Under the pieces are notes generated by a model, which saw only the letters and a program-made list of their open reading frames with translations, searched no databases and was not told the DNA's origin. Made by a program: the position numbers and the translations under genes. A stretch of DNA of 64,000 nt. Source: Escherichia coli. GTDB lineage: Bacteria; Pseudomonadota; Gammaproteobacteria; Enterobacterales; Enterobacteriaceae. Below, piece after piece: positions 12,539 to 23,916 of this stretch (positions within the stretch are counted from its first letter, which is position 1; each line of letters opens with the position of its first letter). Where the stretch lies: assembly GCF_003334335.1 (NCBI RefSeq), contig NZ_QOWQ01000012.1; one strand, 5' to 3'.

Positions 12539-12997
12539 ATGACAATTTGGGTGGATGCCGACGCGTGTCCCAATGTAATTAAAGAGATTTTGTATCGCGC
12601 GGCGGAACGTATGCAGATGCCGCTGGTACTGGTAGCAAACCAGAGTTTACGCGTGCCGCCATCGCGATTTATTCGTACGCTGCGCGTCGCGGCAGGTTTC
12701 GACGTTGCCGATAACGAAATTGTCCGGCAGTGTGAAGCGGGCGATTTGGTGATCACCGCAGATATACCTTTGGCTGCTGAAGCCATCGAGAAAGGCGCTG
12801 CGGCGCTTAATCCGCGCGGCGAACGTTACACGCCAGCGACCATTCGTGAGCGCCTGACGATGCGCGATTTTATGGATACCTTACGTGCCAGTGGGATCCA
12901 GACCGGCGGACCAGATAGCCTTTCACAACGTGACCGCCAGGCCTTTGCCGCGGAGCTGGAGAAGTGGTGGCTGGAAGTGCAACGTAGTCGTGGCTAA
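12539..12997 (+). CDS. yaiI: UPF0178 family protein YaiI
   Basis: Start at ATG 12539 ([15 protein letters not shown]...), 152 aa; the track ORF extends 40 codons upstream. Confidence 0.85.
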   Translation: MTIWVDADACPNVIKEILYRAAERMQMPLVLVANQSLRVPPSRFIRTLRVAAGFDVADNEIVRQCEAGDLVITADIPLAAEAIEKGAAALNPRGERYTPATIRERLTMRDFMDTLRASGIQTGGPDSLSQRDRQAFAAELEKWWLEVQRSRG

Positions 12998-12998
12998 A

Positions 12999-13125
12999 TG
13001 TAATTTATTATTTACACTTCATTCTTGAATATTTATTGGTATAGTAAGGGGTGTATTGAGATTTTCACTTTAAGTGGAATTTTTTCTTTACAATCGAAAT
13101 TGTACTAGTTTGATGGTATGATCGC
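12999..13125 (+). promoter_or_regulatory. aroL control region: TyrR boxes and TrpR-like operator
   Basis: tgtaat-N6-tttaca at 12999-13016 and tggaat-N6-tttaca at 13075-13092 match the TyrR box consensus TGTAAA-N6-TTTACA; gtactagtt (about 13100-13110) resembles a trp operator half-site; tatgat near 13116 is a plausible -10. Confidence 0.65.
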
Positions 13126-13179
13126 TATTCTCATGACACCGGCTTTCGCCGCATTGCGACCTATTGGGGAAAACCCACG

Positions 13180-13704
13180 ATGACACAACCTCTTTTTCTG
13201 ATCGGGCCTCGGGGCTGTGGTAAAACAACGGTCGGAATGGCCCTTGCCGATTCGCTTAACCGTCGGTTTGTCGATACCGATCAGTGGTTGCAATCACAGC
13301 TCAATATGACGGTCGCGGAGATCGTCGAAAGGGAAGAGTGGGCGGGATTTCGCGCCAGAGAAACGGCGGCGCTGGAAGCGGTAACTGCGCCATCCACCGT
13401 TATCGCTACAGGCGGCGGCATTATTCTGACGGAATTTAATCGTCACTTCATGCAAAATAACGGGATCGTGGTTTATTTGTGTGCGCCAGTATCAGTCCTG
13501 GTTAACCGACTGCAAGCTGCACCGGAAGAAGATTTACGGCCAACCTTAACGGGAAAACCGCTGAGCGAAGAAGTTCAGGAAGTGCTGGAAGAACGCGATG
13601 CGCTATATCGCGAAGTTGCGCATATTATCATCGACGCAACAAACGAACCCAGCCAGGTGATTTCTGAAATTCGCAGCGCCCTGGCACAGACGATCAATTG
13701 TTGA
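13180..13704 (+). CDS. aroL: shikimate kinase II
   Basis: 174-aa ORF with P-loop GPRGCGKTT; matches recalled AroL. Confidence 0.95.
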
Positions 13705-13744
13705 TTTTCGAGCGCCTATACTTAACGTTCATCCCGTGAAATAA

Positions 13745-13945
<201 letters not shown>

Positions 13946-14202
13946 CCGCATCAGACTGCTCGGAAGGGATTCTGAGTGCCACTACAAGGGATCTGCGTCA
14001 CATTTTTCATAATTCATGTTTTTCTAATAATTAGAATATTAAACAATAACAATCCATTACTGGAATCATTTGGAATCTTTACATTATGCCGTGCACGTCT
14101 GCTGCTACGCTTTTTGTCATTTGTAGCACAAGTAAGTGTCAGCAGTGGTGCTTCACACTTGCCCGGTAATTAACGACGAAAGAAAAGTAAGGTGGATGAA
14201 CA

Positions 14203-14880
14203 ATGAGTGCGTCGTTGGCGATCCTGACCATCGGCATTGTACCTATGCAGGAAGTTTTGCCGCTCCTGACGGAATACATTGACGAAGATAATATTTCCCA
14301 TCATAGCCTGCTGGGGAAGTTAAGTCGTGAAGAAGTGATGGCGGAGTACGCGCCAGAAGCAGGCGAAGACACCATTCTCACATTATTAAATGACAACCAG
14401 CTGGCCCATGTTTCGCGTCGCAAAGTGGAGCGTGACCTGCAAGGTGTGGTTGAAGTGCTCGATAATCAGGGTTATGACGTCATTTTATTAATGAGTACAG
14501 CAAACATTAGTAGTATGACTGCGCGTAATACGATCTTTCTTGAGCCGTCGCGAATATTGCCTCCACTGGTTTCCTCTATTGTTGAAGATCATCAGGTGGG
14601 GGTTATCGTTCCGGTTGAGGAGATGCTGCCCGTTCAGGCGCAAAAATGGCAAATTTTGCAGAAATCGCCGGTATTTTCATTGGGTAACCCCATTCATGAT
14701 TCAGAACAAAAAATCATTGATGCCGGGAAAGAATTACTGGCAAAAGGGGCTGATGTCATCATGCTGGATTGTTTAGGATTTCACCAACGTCATCGCGATT
14801 TACTGCAAAAACAGCTCGATGTTCCTGTCTTGCTGTCTAACGTATTGATTGCACGGCTGGCTGCGGAATTACTGGTGTAA
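14203..14880 (+). CDS. aroM: AroM family protein (function unknown)
   Basis: 225-aa [25 protein letters not shown]...; matches recalled AroM. Confidence 0.9.
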
Positions 14881-14951
14881 TTTTGCGTGACAGCCAGCGC
14901 CTCTGGCCCCTATAGTGAAGTAGATGTTCAACTACCAAACAGGGCCAGTTT

Positions 14952-15236
14952 ATGCTTCAAAGTAATGAGTACTTTTCCGGCAAAGTGAAATCAATCGGCT
15001 TTTCCAGCAGCAGCACTGGTCGCGCCAGCGTGGGTGTTATGGTTGAAGGCGAATACACCTTCAGCACCGCTGAGCCGGAAGAGATGACGGTAATCAGTGG
15101 CGCGCTGAATGTGTTACTGCCTGACGCGACCGACTGGCAGGTGTATGAAGCCGGTTCGGTGTTTAATGTTCCCGGTCACAGTGAGTTTCATCTGCAAGTT
15201 GCCGAACCCACCTCTTATCTGTGCCGCTATCTGTAA
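14952..15236 (+). CDS. ppnP: pyrimidine/purine nucleoside phosphorylase PpnP (YaiE)
   Basis: 94-aa [20 protein letters not shown]..., cupin-like; matches recalled YaiE/PpnP. Confidence 0.9.
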
Positions 15237-15243
15237 TTCCTCG

Positions 15244-15273
15244 CCTTCCCCTTGAACGGGAGGGCATTTTTCT
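15244..15273 (+). terminator. hairpin plus T-run after ppnP
   Basis: ccttccc-(loop cttgaac)-gggaggg stem followed by cattttt. Confidence 0.5.
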
Positions 15274-15443
15274 GAAATATCCTTTCTTTAGCCCATAATA
15301 ATATTTCCTTTGCTGCGATTTTTTCAATTTCCGATATATTCATAATTTATCAAGGTTGATATAAATATCAGTGAAGATCTCCAGATATTGTTGCGGAACT
15401 GGCTACGATAAAAGATAAATCAGATGATGAATGGTGGCGTGCA

Positions 15444-15725
15444 TTGCTGCAAAGTCGCAATGATCATTTACGCCAAACGGCATTGCGCAACGCACATACC
15501 CCGGCGTTGTTGTTAACGACATTGACTGAGCCTCAGGATCGGTCGCTGGCTATTAATAATCCACAGCTGGCTGCCGATGTGAAAACGGCGTGGTTAAAAG
15601 AGGATCCATCATTACTCTTATTTGTCGAACAACCCGATCTTTCGCTGTTACGTGATTTAGTGAAAACCGGGGCAACGCGGAAAATTCGCAGTGAAGCGCG
15701 TCACCGGCTTGAGGAAAAACAATGA
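15444..15725 (+). pseudogene. ykiA: ykiA-like ORF, probably a C-terminal gene remnant
   Basis: 93-codon ORF whose only start is TTG at 15444; the reading frame is open upstream to a stop at 15372-15374 with no ATG or GTG; Leu/Ala-rich repeat-like sequence. Confidence 0.4.
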
Positions 15726-15829
15726 CACAACGTCCATGGAGCAAGTTACAGCGTAAAACGCATAATATTGCTGCGCTAAAAATTATTGCTCGCCGTAGCG
15801 AATAATTATATGCCTGGTGTGGCTTCGTA

Positions 15830-15864
15830 CGCCGGATAAGACGCGGCAGGCGTCGCATCCGGCA
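15830..15864. repeat. REP palindromic unit
   Basis: gccggataagacgcggcaggcgtcgcatccggc matches the REP consensus. Confidence 0.75.
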
Positions 15865-15882
15865 TTAAAGGAAAATCAGCAA

Positions 15883-16794
15883 TTAACGTTGTGCTTCGCC
15901 ACCTAATCCTTCAATCAGGTTTTGAATTAACGCTGCCAGTTCACCAGTCATCAGGATGAAATCGGCATCAAAACGCTGGGCGAAATCTTCACGGTCGATA
16001 TCTTCGTTTTGATCGCGCAGCTCGTCGCAGAACTTCAGACGCTTGAGCGAACCATCGTCGCACATCACAAACTGAATGCGCTGCTGCCAGTCGAGCGCCA
16101 GTTTAGTCACCACTTTTCCGGCTTCAATGTGATTGGTGATCTCTTCGCTGGTCAGATCTTGTTTCTTCGCGCGGATCACGCCGCCATCTTCCAGCAACGA
16201 TTTCAGCTCGGCTTCATCAAGCAGCTGGAAGCCCTGTGCCGCACTACCGGAGCGAACCCATTCGGTCAGCGTCAGTTCAATCGGGTTTTCCATGCTCAAT
16301 GGTACAACCGGTAACGACCCCAGGCTTTTACGCAGTAATGCCAGCGTATCTTCCGCTTTTTTGGCACTGGCGCAGTCCACCATAATCAAACCGTTAACCG
16401 TGTCGATCCACATCATTGTCTGGCTAAAACGGCTGAAAGCACGCGGCAGCAGAGAGTGCAGCACTTCGTCTTTCAGCGAATCTTTTTCGGTTTTCTTCAG
16501 CTTACGCGCCTGTTCCGCTTCCAGTTTGGCGATTTTCGCTTCCAGCGCCTGTTTAATCACCGGAGACGGGAGGATTTTTTCTTCTTTGCGCGCGCAGATA
16601 ACAATTTGACCATTGGCAACGTGCGTTAACGCATCGCTGTGCGATCCCATCGGAGGAACCCAGCCCATCTTCGCCATGTCCTGGCTGCCGCATGGGGTAA
16701 ATGCCATCGAGGCTAGCTGTTTTTCCATCTCTTCTGCACGCAGCGAAATCTCGCGGCTAAGACGGTAAACCATTAAATTTTTGAACCACAGCAT
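15883..16794 (-). CDS. rdgC: recombination-associated protein RdgC
   Basis: Start at ATG 16794 ([16 protein letters not shown]...), 303 aa as recalled; the track ORF extends 24 codons upstream. Confidence 0.94.
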
Positions 16795-16918
16795 GATAAT
16801 TTCCACGGCCTTGTCGTTAAATTTAGCGGGCATGATAACGAATTGTCGGCGGCCTTGCATTGCCAATCCGGTTGTCCGTCTCTACGCTATTGATATTGAA
16901 AAAAATAAGGAGAGTACC

Positions 16919-17827
16919 GTGCGTATAGGTATCGATTTAGGCGGCACCAAAACTGAAGTGATTGCACTGGGCGATGCAGGGGAGCAGTTGTACCGCCATC
17001 GTCTGCCCACGCCGCGTGATGATTACCGGCAGACTATTGAAACGATCGCCACGTTGGTTGATATGGCGGAGCAGGCGACGGGGCAGCGCGGAACGGTAGG
17101 TATGGGCATTCCTGGCTCAATTTCGCCTTACACCGGTGTGGTGAAGAATGCCAATTCAACCTGGCTCAACGGTCAGCCATTCGATAAAGACTTAAGCGCG
17201 AGGTTGCAGCGGGAAGTGCGGCTGGCAAATGACGCTAACTGTCTGGCGGTTTCAGAAGCAGTAGATGGCGCGGCAGCGGGAGCGCAGACGGTATTTGCCG
17301 TGATTATCGGCACGGGATGCGGTGCGGGCGTGGCATTCAATGGGCGGGCGCATATCGGCGGCAATGGCACGGCAGGTGAGTGGGGACACAATCCGCTACC
17401 GTGGATGGACGAAGACGAACTGCGTTATCGCGAGGAAGTCCCTTGTTATTGCGGTAAACAAGGTTGTATTGAAACCTTTATTTCGGGCACGGGATTCGCG
17501 ATGGATTATCGTCGTTTGAGCGGACATGCGCTGAAAGGCAGTGAAATTATCCGCCTGGTTGAAGAAAGCGATCCGGTAGCGGAACTGGCATTGCGTCGCT
17601 ACGAGCTGCGGCTGGCAAAATCGCTGGCACATGTCGTGAATATTCTCGATCCGGATGTGATTGTCCTGGGGGGCGGGATGAGCAATGTAGACCGTTTATA
17701 TCAAACGGTTGGGCAGTTGATTAAACAATTTGTCTTCGGCGGCGAATGTGAAACGCCGGTGCGTAAGGCGAAGCACGGTGATTCCAGCGGCGTACGCGGC
17801 GCTGCGTGGTTATGGCCACAAGAGTAA
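16919..17827 (+). CDS. mak: fructokinase / manno(fructo)kinase, ROK family
   Basis: GTG start at 16919 preceded by aaggagag; [16 protein letters not shown]/sugar-kinase N-terminal motif and a CxCGxxGC zinc motif; 302 aa. Confidence 0.92.
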
Positions 17828-17850
17828 AAAACGTAGGCAATTGGCGCATC

Positions 17851-18045
17851 ATGCCTGATGCGACGCTTGCCGCGTCTTATCAGGCCTACAAAAGGTGCCA
17901 GAACCGTAGGCCGGATAAGGCGTTCACGCCGCATCCGGCAATAAGTGCTCCGATGCCTGATGCGACGCTTGCCGCGTCTTATCAGGCCTGCAAAATGTGC
18001 CAGAACCGCGTAGGGCGGATAAGGCGTTCACGCCGCATCCGGCAA
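17851..18045. repeat. BIME: two tandem ~102-bp units, each built from REP palindromes
   Basis: atgcctgatgcgacgcttgccgcgtcttatcaggcct...ggccggataaggcgttcacgccgcatccggcaataagt occurs twice (unit starts about 17851 and 17953) with a few substitutions. Confidence 0.85.
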
Positions 18046-18071
18046 TAAGTAATGAGCACCGAGACTATAAC

Positions 18072-19256
18072 CTACCCCAGTGGTTTCGCCAGCACCGGAG
18101 TATCCGCCGCTTGCTGGCGCTTATAGCGACCATACAGCAGCAACGACGACATCGCAGCAAACGAAAGCAGGGCGGCAGGCAGCGCCACGTAATTATATGC
18201 CAGTCCCAGCGTCAGCATCATACCTCCGCAATATGCGCCGACGGCGCTACCGAGGTTAAACGCTATTTGCCCACCTGCGGCACCTAATAACTCTCCGCCT
18301 TTGGCGTTTTGTAGTAACAATATTTGTAGCGGTGCTGAAAGGGCAAATAATCCCGCGCAACAAATAAAAGCAAAAATAAGCGACGTTGTTTTCATGCCGC
18401 CGCAGAAAAAGAGCATCAGCAGTGCCAGTACAATTATAAAGTCAGTCACTGCTGCAATGCGCAGTGGTGAATAACGTCCTGAAATCCTGCCACTTAGCAT
18501 ATTTCCCAGCACCATCCCTAGCCCAACTAACATCATAATAAAGGTCATCGCCGTTTCCGAAAAACCGGAAATAAACATCATGTATGGCTTTACGTAGCTG
18601 AACCAGGCAAACACACCTGCGTTGCCAAACATCGTGGCGGCGAAAATTAACCACGGGGCCGGGCTGCGCAAAAAGTGAAATTGTTCGCGCAGATTTCCTT
18701 TCGCCTCGTCGCGAATATCTGGCACCCAAAAATAGACCGATGCCATCACCGCAATATTAAAAACAGCGATCAATAAAAAGGTGTAACGCCAGCTAAATTC
18801 CTGACTTAAATACGTTCCCAGCGGAATGCCCAGCAAATTGGCGACTGTCATCCCGGAAACCATCCCCGCCACGGCGGCGGTGACTTTTCCGGGTTTGATA
18901 ATTTTTGATAACACGATCGCTCCGACGCCAAAAAATGCGCCATGCGGAAAGCCGGATACCAGCCGACCAATGGCGAGCATCAGGTAAGACGAAGAGAGCG
19001 TGAACATGGCGTTGCCAATGACGCACAACGCCACCAGAAACAACAAGATATGTTTGAGTGAGTAGCGGCTGGAAAAGAGTGCGATGATTGGCGCACCGAC
19101 CACCACCCCCAGTGCATAATACGAGATCATATGCCCGGCGGCAGGAATCGAAATTCCTACGTTATGCGCCAGCTCCGTGAGCACGCCCATAATGCCAAAT
19201 TCGGCCATCCCCAAACCAAACGTGCCCAGAGCCAAAGATAAAATGACTTTTTTCAT
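18072..19256 (-). CDS. araJ: MFS transporter AraJ
   Basis: Start at ATG 19256 (MKKVILSLALGTFGLGMAEFGIMGVL...), 394 aa, 12-TM MFS pattern; the track ORF extends 28 codons upstream. Confidence 0.92.
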   Translation of the reverse strand: MKKVILSLALGTFGLGMAEFGIMGVLTELAHNVGISIPAAGHMISYYALGVVVGAPIIALFSSRYSLKHILLFLVALCVIGNAMFTLSSSYLMLAIGRLVSGFPHGAFFGVGAIVLSKIIKPGKVTAAVAGMVSGMTVANLLGIPLGTYLSQEFSWRYTFLLIAVFNIAVMASVYFWVPDIRDEAKGNLREQFHFLRSPAPWLIFAATMFGNAGVFAWFSYVKPYMMFISGFSETAMTFIMMLVGLGMVLGNMLSGRISGRYSPLRIAAVTDFIIVLALLMLFFCGGMKTTSLIFAFICCAGLFALSAPLQILLLQNAKGGELLGAAGGQIAFNLGSAVGAYCGGMMLTLGLAYNYVALPAALLSFAAMSSLLLYGRYKRQQAADTPVLAKPLG

Positions 19257-19381
19257 ACCACCATCACAACCACCAGAACGGCTACCAATCACCGTAGCCA
19301 ATAAAGTGATAGCTTGCAGGATAACGACCAGCAAGGCCAAGAGATAATTCGCCCCTCTGTATTCATTATCCTGCTGAATAG

Positions 19382-22300
19382 TTATTTCACTGCAAACGTA
19401 CTTTCCAGTTTGCTGTAGCCCAGGCCGTTGATCTTTTTCACTTTGATCTGCACCGGAATACGCTCTTTCATCGCTTCTACGTGGCTAATCACACCGATGG
19501 TTTTGCCACTGGCGTTCAGGGCATCCAGCGCATCAAGGGCGGTATCCAGCGTTTCGCTATCCAGCGTGCCAAAACCTTCATCAAGGAACAGCGAGTCAAT
19601 ACGTGTTTTATGGCTGACCAGATCCGAAAGCGCCAGCGCCAGCGCCAGACTAACGAGGAAACTTTCGCCGCCGGAAAGGGTACGGGTATCGCGTACCGCA
19701 TCTGCCTGCCAGGTATCAACAACCTCGACTTCCAGCGCCTCGCTGGCTTTGCGCTGTAACAGATAGCGCCCGTGCAGCCGGGTAAGTTGCTGATTAGCGA
19801 GATGGACTAAATTATCCAGCGTCAGCCCCTGGGCAAACTTGCGGAATTTATCGCCCTCTTTGGAACCTATTAGCGAATTCAGATATCCCCAGTCCTCAAC
19901 CTGCTGCGTCATTTGAGCAATTTGCTGCATTAAGGTTTGTTGTTGCTGACGGTTATCTGCATCCTGCTTCAGCTGCTGGCGAATCTCGCCTTGACTCGTG
20001 GTGTTTTCACGCAACTTTTGGTGAGTTTGCGCTAACTCTTGCTGAATCTGCTCCACCGTCACAGTGAGAGCCAACCCGTCGTCAGGTCGGTGTTGTTGAT
20101 GCTGTGCCAGCGTTTCTGCTGTCTGAGTGACCAGAGTTTGCGCCTGACGGCGCTGGTTTTCCAGATTCTGCTTGAGCTGTTCCAGCTGCGTTAGTGTTTG
20201 TTCATCCATTAGCGCCGCAAGGAACGCCTGCTGATCGTCAAAGACGCTGGCCTGTAGCGCGGTGTCAAACTGCGCCTGGGCTTTTTGCAGACTTTGCGCC
20301 GCCAGAACATCCTGTTGCTGTAACGTCTGCTGCTGGCTGTGTAATGCGAGACATTGTTCATGTACCTGCCGCCAGTTTTCCAATACCACAGTTTCTTCGC
20401 AGTGCGGGAGTTCATCACTTTGCGGCAACGTTTCCAGAATCGGCGTCAGCTGCTGAATACGGTTTTGCAGCGCGGTTAATTCGTTCTGGCGTTGCTGCCA
20501 GCTCTGCGCTTCTTGCTGACGTGTCGCCAACCAGCTCTCTTCTTCATCTTCCTGTGGCAATGTCAGTGCATAACCCGTCAATGTCGTTAAAAGTAGTTGC
20601 TGGCGTTGTTCAATTTGCTGTTGATACTGGATAATTTGCTGATTATGCGCGGCAATCTGCCCTTGTAATTCATGCCGTTGGCTGAGTAACCGCAGCTGGC
20701 GTTCGTGCTCATCTTGTGCATCCAGCCACGGTTGAATATCGTCCAGTGGCTGCAAGGTGATATTGAGGCTGGCCGTGACGGCTTGCCATTGTTGAGTAAG
20801 TGCTTGCTCATCTTGTCGGAGGCTTTGCGCTTCGTTTTCATCACGCTGAAGCTGCTTTGTTATGGCGTCCAGTTGCCCACGTAGCGTCGCACCTTCTTCA
20901 CCGAGCTTTTTAACTTCGTTTTCCAGCGCCAGTAATCGAGACTGATTAACGCCAGGCTCCAGCGCCTGATACGCCTCGACCGCCGGGTGGCTGGTGGAAC
21001 CACAAAGTGGGCAAGGCTGACCCGCCTGTAACTGTGCACGTTGAGCTTCCAGCGTTTTGATGCGCGCTTCCTGCTCGCAAATGGTTTTCACATCGGCAAG
21101 TTGCTGCGTCTTTTCTTTATAACGCTGGCGCATTTCGTTAAGTGCGGCGTTACGTTGCGTCTGTTCTTGCGTGACATTCTGGATAGCGACCTGTAACTGC
21201 GCCAGACGTTTTTGTTGGGGAACAATCTGTCCATGCAGCGCGACCAGGTGCTGACGCAGTGGGCGTTGCTCAGCATGTTGCGCCAGGGCGGTAGCAACTT
21301 CATCGGCGGTTAACGTCAACGTGATCGCCGCAAGCGCATTAAGTTTTTGCTCAGCATGGGTTAACTGTTGCTGCCATTGCCGCAGATGCTCGCGATCGCT
21401 GGTTTGTTGGGAGAACTGCGCACGCCAACCCGCCGGTTCGTTGTTCCACTGACGGAAGCGGTCGTGTTCCTGTAACCAGGTATTCAGGCTTTGTTGCTGC
21501 TGCTGTAATTCTGCTGACTGCTTCGCCGCGTGGTGGCGAATGCTCGCGCGAAGCGCCATTGTGCTCTGTAAGCGAGTATTTACTTCTTCAATCTGCTGGC
21601 GAATATGCGCCAGCGCCGCGCTGTGTTCTGCGATGCGTTCCCAGTGTGGACGAAGATTTCGTGCCGGTTGTGCCAGACTAAGCGCCGCCAGTTGAGGTTG
21701 CGCTTTTTCTTCTTCGGCTAACGCCTGTTGCAAGGCCTGCTGACGGCGGCTGGCTTCTTGCTGCAATTCGTCCTGACGCGTTAACCAGTTTAGCGATTGT
21801 TGTTCTTGCTGCTGCGCGGTAATTAACTGTTTTTCTTCGTCAGTAAGTACCTGCAAACTCGCTGTCAGCGATTGCACTTGTTCCGGCGTGAGCAACGTGA
21901 CGCCGCTGGCCTGCGCTTGCAGCTTCTCCAGCTCTGTGCGGGCCGATTTGTGCTGCTCAAAAACCATCGCCGAGATTTGCCCGTAGATTTCAGTGCCGGT
22001 TAACTCCTCGAGCAATTCCGCGCGTTCTTTGGGTTTGGCATTCAGGAAGGCAGCAAATTGCCCCTGCGAAAGCAGCATCGAACGGGTGAAGCGCCCGTAA
22101 TCCAGCCCGGTTAACGTCGCTGTCAGTTCCAGCTTATCTTTCACTTTGTCGGCGAGAATTTTGCCGTCGGCGCAGCGCGCCAGCTCTACGCGTGGCACCT
22201 GCAAATTACCGTCGGGTTGGTTACGCGCCCGATTCTGGCTCCAGAATGCACGGTACGCTTCACCTTTCACTTCAAACTCCACCTCCGCCAGACATTCGGC

Positions 22301-22528
22301 GGTATCGCGGGTCATGAGATCATTTTGCGATTGTGAAACGTTAGAGAGACGCGGAGTTTCGTGATACAGCGCCAGACAAATGGCGTCCAGCAGGGTGGTT
22401 TTCCCCGCACCTGTTGGGCCGGTAATAGCAAACAGCCCGTTGCTGGCGAACGGCTCGCGGGTGAAATCAATCTTCCATTCGCCTTTTAATGAGTTCAGGT
22501 TTTTCAGGCGCAGGCTGAGAATTTTCAT
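19382..22528 (-). CDS. sbcC: SbcCD nuclease ATPase subunit (SMC-like, long coiled coil)
   Basis: 1048-aa ORF with N-terminal Walker A (GPTGAGKTT), a very long Gln/Leu/Glu-rich coiled coil, a central CPLCG zinc hook and C-terminal ABC signature/Walker B (LSGGE...[11 protein letters not shown]). Confidence 0.97.
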   Translation of the reverse strand: MKILSLRLKNLNSLKGEWKIDFTREPFASNGLFAITGPTGAGKTTLLDAICLALYHETPRLSNVSQSQNDLMTRDTAECLAEVEFEVKGEAYRAFWSQNRARNQPDGNLQVPRVELARCADGKILADKVKDKLELTATLTGLDYGRFTRSMLLSQGQFAAFLNAKPKERAELLEELTGTEIYGQISAMVFEQHKSARTELEKLQAQASGVTLLTPEQVQSLTASLQVLTDEEKQLITAQQQEQQSLNWLTRQDELQQEASRRQQALQQALAEEEKAQPQLAALSLAQPARNLRPHWERIAEHSAALAHIRQQIEEVNTRLQSTMALRASIRHHAAKQSAELQQQQQSLNTWLQEHDRFRQWNNEPAGWRAQFSQQTSDREHLRQWQQQLTHAEQKLNALAAITLTLTADEVATALAQHAEQRPLRQHLVALHGQIVPQQKRLAQLQVAIQNVTQEQTQRNAALNEMRQRYKEKTQQLADVKTICEQEARIKTLEAQRAQLQAGQPCPLCGSTSHPAVEAYQALEPGVNQSRLLALENEVKKLGEEGATLRGQLDAITKQLQRDENEAQSLRQDEQALTQQWQAVTASLNITLQPLDDIQPWLDAQDEHERQLRLLSQRHELQGQIAAHNQQIIQYQQQIEQRQQLLLTTLTGYALTLPQEDEEESWLATRQQEAQSWQQRQNELTALQNRIQQLTPILETLPQSDELPHCEETVVLENWRQVHEQCLALHSQQQTLQQQDVLAAQSLQKAQAQFDTALQASVFDDQQAFLAALMDEQTLTQLEQLKQNLENQRRQAQTLVTQTAETLAQHQQHRPDDGLALTVTVEQIQQELAQTHQKLRENTTSQGEIRQQLKQDADNRQQQQTLMQQIAQMTQQVEDWGYLNSLIGSKEGDKFRKFAQGLTLDNLVHLANQQLTRLHGRYLLQRKASEALEVEVVDTWQADAVRDTRTLSGGESFLVSLALALALSDLVSHKTRIDSLFLDEGFGTLDSETLDTALDALDALNASGKTIGVISHVEAMKERIPVQIKVKKINGLGYSKLESTFAVK

Positions 22529-23727
22529 GCTTCGTGTTCTCCGGCGAGGGTATGCAACGTCGTGGTGAAAAGATGCTGCAGACGTTGCTGCTGCGATTCA
22601 TCCAGTTCTTCCAGTGCCAGACGGCGATTGAACACCTCTTCGACGCTGAGTTCGCTGAGGGTTTCACGCTGTTGGCTGGCTAACACACGCTCGCGCTGTT
22701 CACGACTCCGACGTACCAGCAATACTTCGACAGGCAATGATTCGGTTAATGCCTGGATTTTGCGCTGAATATCATGCAGATACTCATCAGTAGTGATTTC
22801 GATATCCAGCCAGACAGGTGGCTCCTGCGATACATCGCGCCACTGTTCCAGCTGTGCGGTAATCGACGCCAGATCGCCTTTCAGCACTGCCATGGGTTGC
22901 GTTACCGGTACGTTCAGGTTTTCCACGCTCTCTAATTTGCCGTTTGAAAATGTCACCAGATGGACATATTTACTCTTACCGCATTCATCAAAACTCAGTG
23001 GAATGGGGGAGCCGCAATAGCGAACATGTTCCATGCCGCCAATAATCTGTGCGCGGTGAATATGCCCGAGCGCGATGTAGTCGGCTGGTGGAAAGTTTTG
23101 TGCCGGAAACGCGTCCAGCGTGCCAATATAAATGTCACGCACGGCGTCACTTTTACTGGCCCCCACGGTCGTTAAATGTCCCGTGGCGATGATGGGCAGA
23201 GGCTGATCGCCGCGCAGTTTGCAGGCATCGGCATAGTGTTGTTGGTAATAATCGGTAATCGCTGCCAGTAAATGCTGCTGTTTTTCAATACCGTTAAGCC
23301 CCGCCTGGCTGGTAATAATGTCACGCGGACGTAAAAACGGAATGGGGCACAGCACTGCGCCTGGCGTCCCGTCGCGACGAGGCAAGATTTGCGGCGCATG
23401 TCCGGCGCTGGCGACCACGGTAGTATTGAGGAACGCCATGATATCGCGCGATTCATTCAGCGTGGCGACCGAGTCATGGTTTCCTGCCAGTACCACCAGA
23501 TGACAGCCAGTTTGCTGTAAATTGACAACAAAACGGTTGTATAACGTGCGGGCGTAACTGGGCGGCGAGCCGGTATCGAAAACATCACCGGCAACAATAA
23601 TCGCATCCACCTGATGGGTTTGTGCTGTCTCCAGCAGCCAGTCAAGAAAAGCCTGATGTTCAGCTTCGCGGCTTTTACTGTAGAAGTTCTGGCCGAGATG
23701 CCAGTCTGAGGTGTGAAGGATGCGCAT
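22525..23727 (-). CDS. sbcD: SbcCD nuclease subunit (Mre11-like phosphoesterase)
   Basis: Start at ATG 23727 ([13 protein letters not shown]..., calcineurin-like phosphoesterase motifs), 400 aa; stop overlaps the sbcC start (ATGA). Confidence 0.95.
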   Translation of the reverse strand: MRILHTSDWHLGQNFYSKSREAEHQAFLDWLLETAQTHQVDAIIVAGDVFDTGSPPSYARTLYNRFVVNLQQTGCHLVVLAGNHDSVATLNESRDIMAFLNTTVVASAGHAPQILPRRDGTPGAVLCPIPFLRPRDIITSQAGLNGIEKQQHLLAAITDYYQQHYADACKLRGDQPLPIIATGHLTTVGASKSDAVRDIYIGTLDAFPAQNFPPADYIALGHIHRAQIIGGMEHVRYCGSPIPLSFDECGKSKYVHLVTFSNGKLESVENLNVPVTQPMAVLKGDLASITAQLEQWRDVSQEPPVWLDIEITTDEYLHDIQRKIQALTESLPVEVLLVRRSREQRERVLASQQRETLSELSVEEVFNRRLALEELDESQQQRLQHLFTTTLHTLAGEHEA

Positions 23728-23836
23728 AACGGTTCCCTGGCGAAAAAGCATGGGCGCGATTATACCCAAACAGATGTGCCATTTGCTTTTTTCTGCGCCA
23801 CGGAAATCAATAACCTGAAGATATGTGCGACGAGCT

Positions 23837-23869
23837 TTTCATAAATCTGTCATAAATCTGACGCATAAT
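23837..23869 (+). promoter_or_regulatory. phoB promoter: tandem Pho boxes and -10
   Basis: ttttcataaatctgtcataaatctgacgc carries two 11-bp Pho-box repeats; cataat at 23864-23869 is a plausible -10. Confidence 0.85.
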
Positions 23870-23916
23870 GACGTCGCATTAATGATCGCAACCTATTTAT
23901 TACAACAGGGCAAATC

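Noticed and set aside
13976-14173. 65-aa plus-strand ORF in the yaiA-aroM spacer
   Set aside because: AT-rich, Ile/Leu/Phe-rich translation without RBS; probably not a gene, though the spacer is flagged.
15553-15858. 101-aa minus-strand ORF
   Set aside because: Overlaps the ykiA-like ORF and runs into a REP element; no RBS; most likely spurious.
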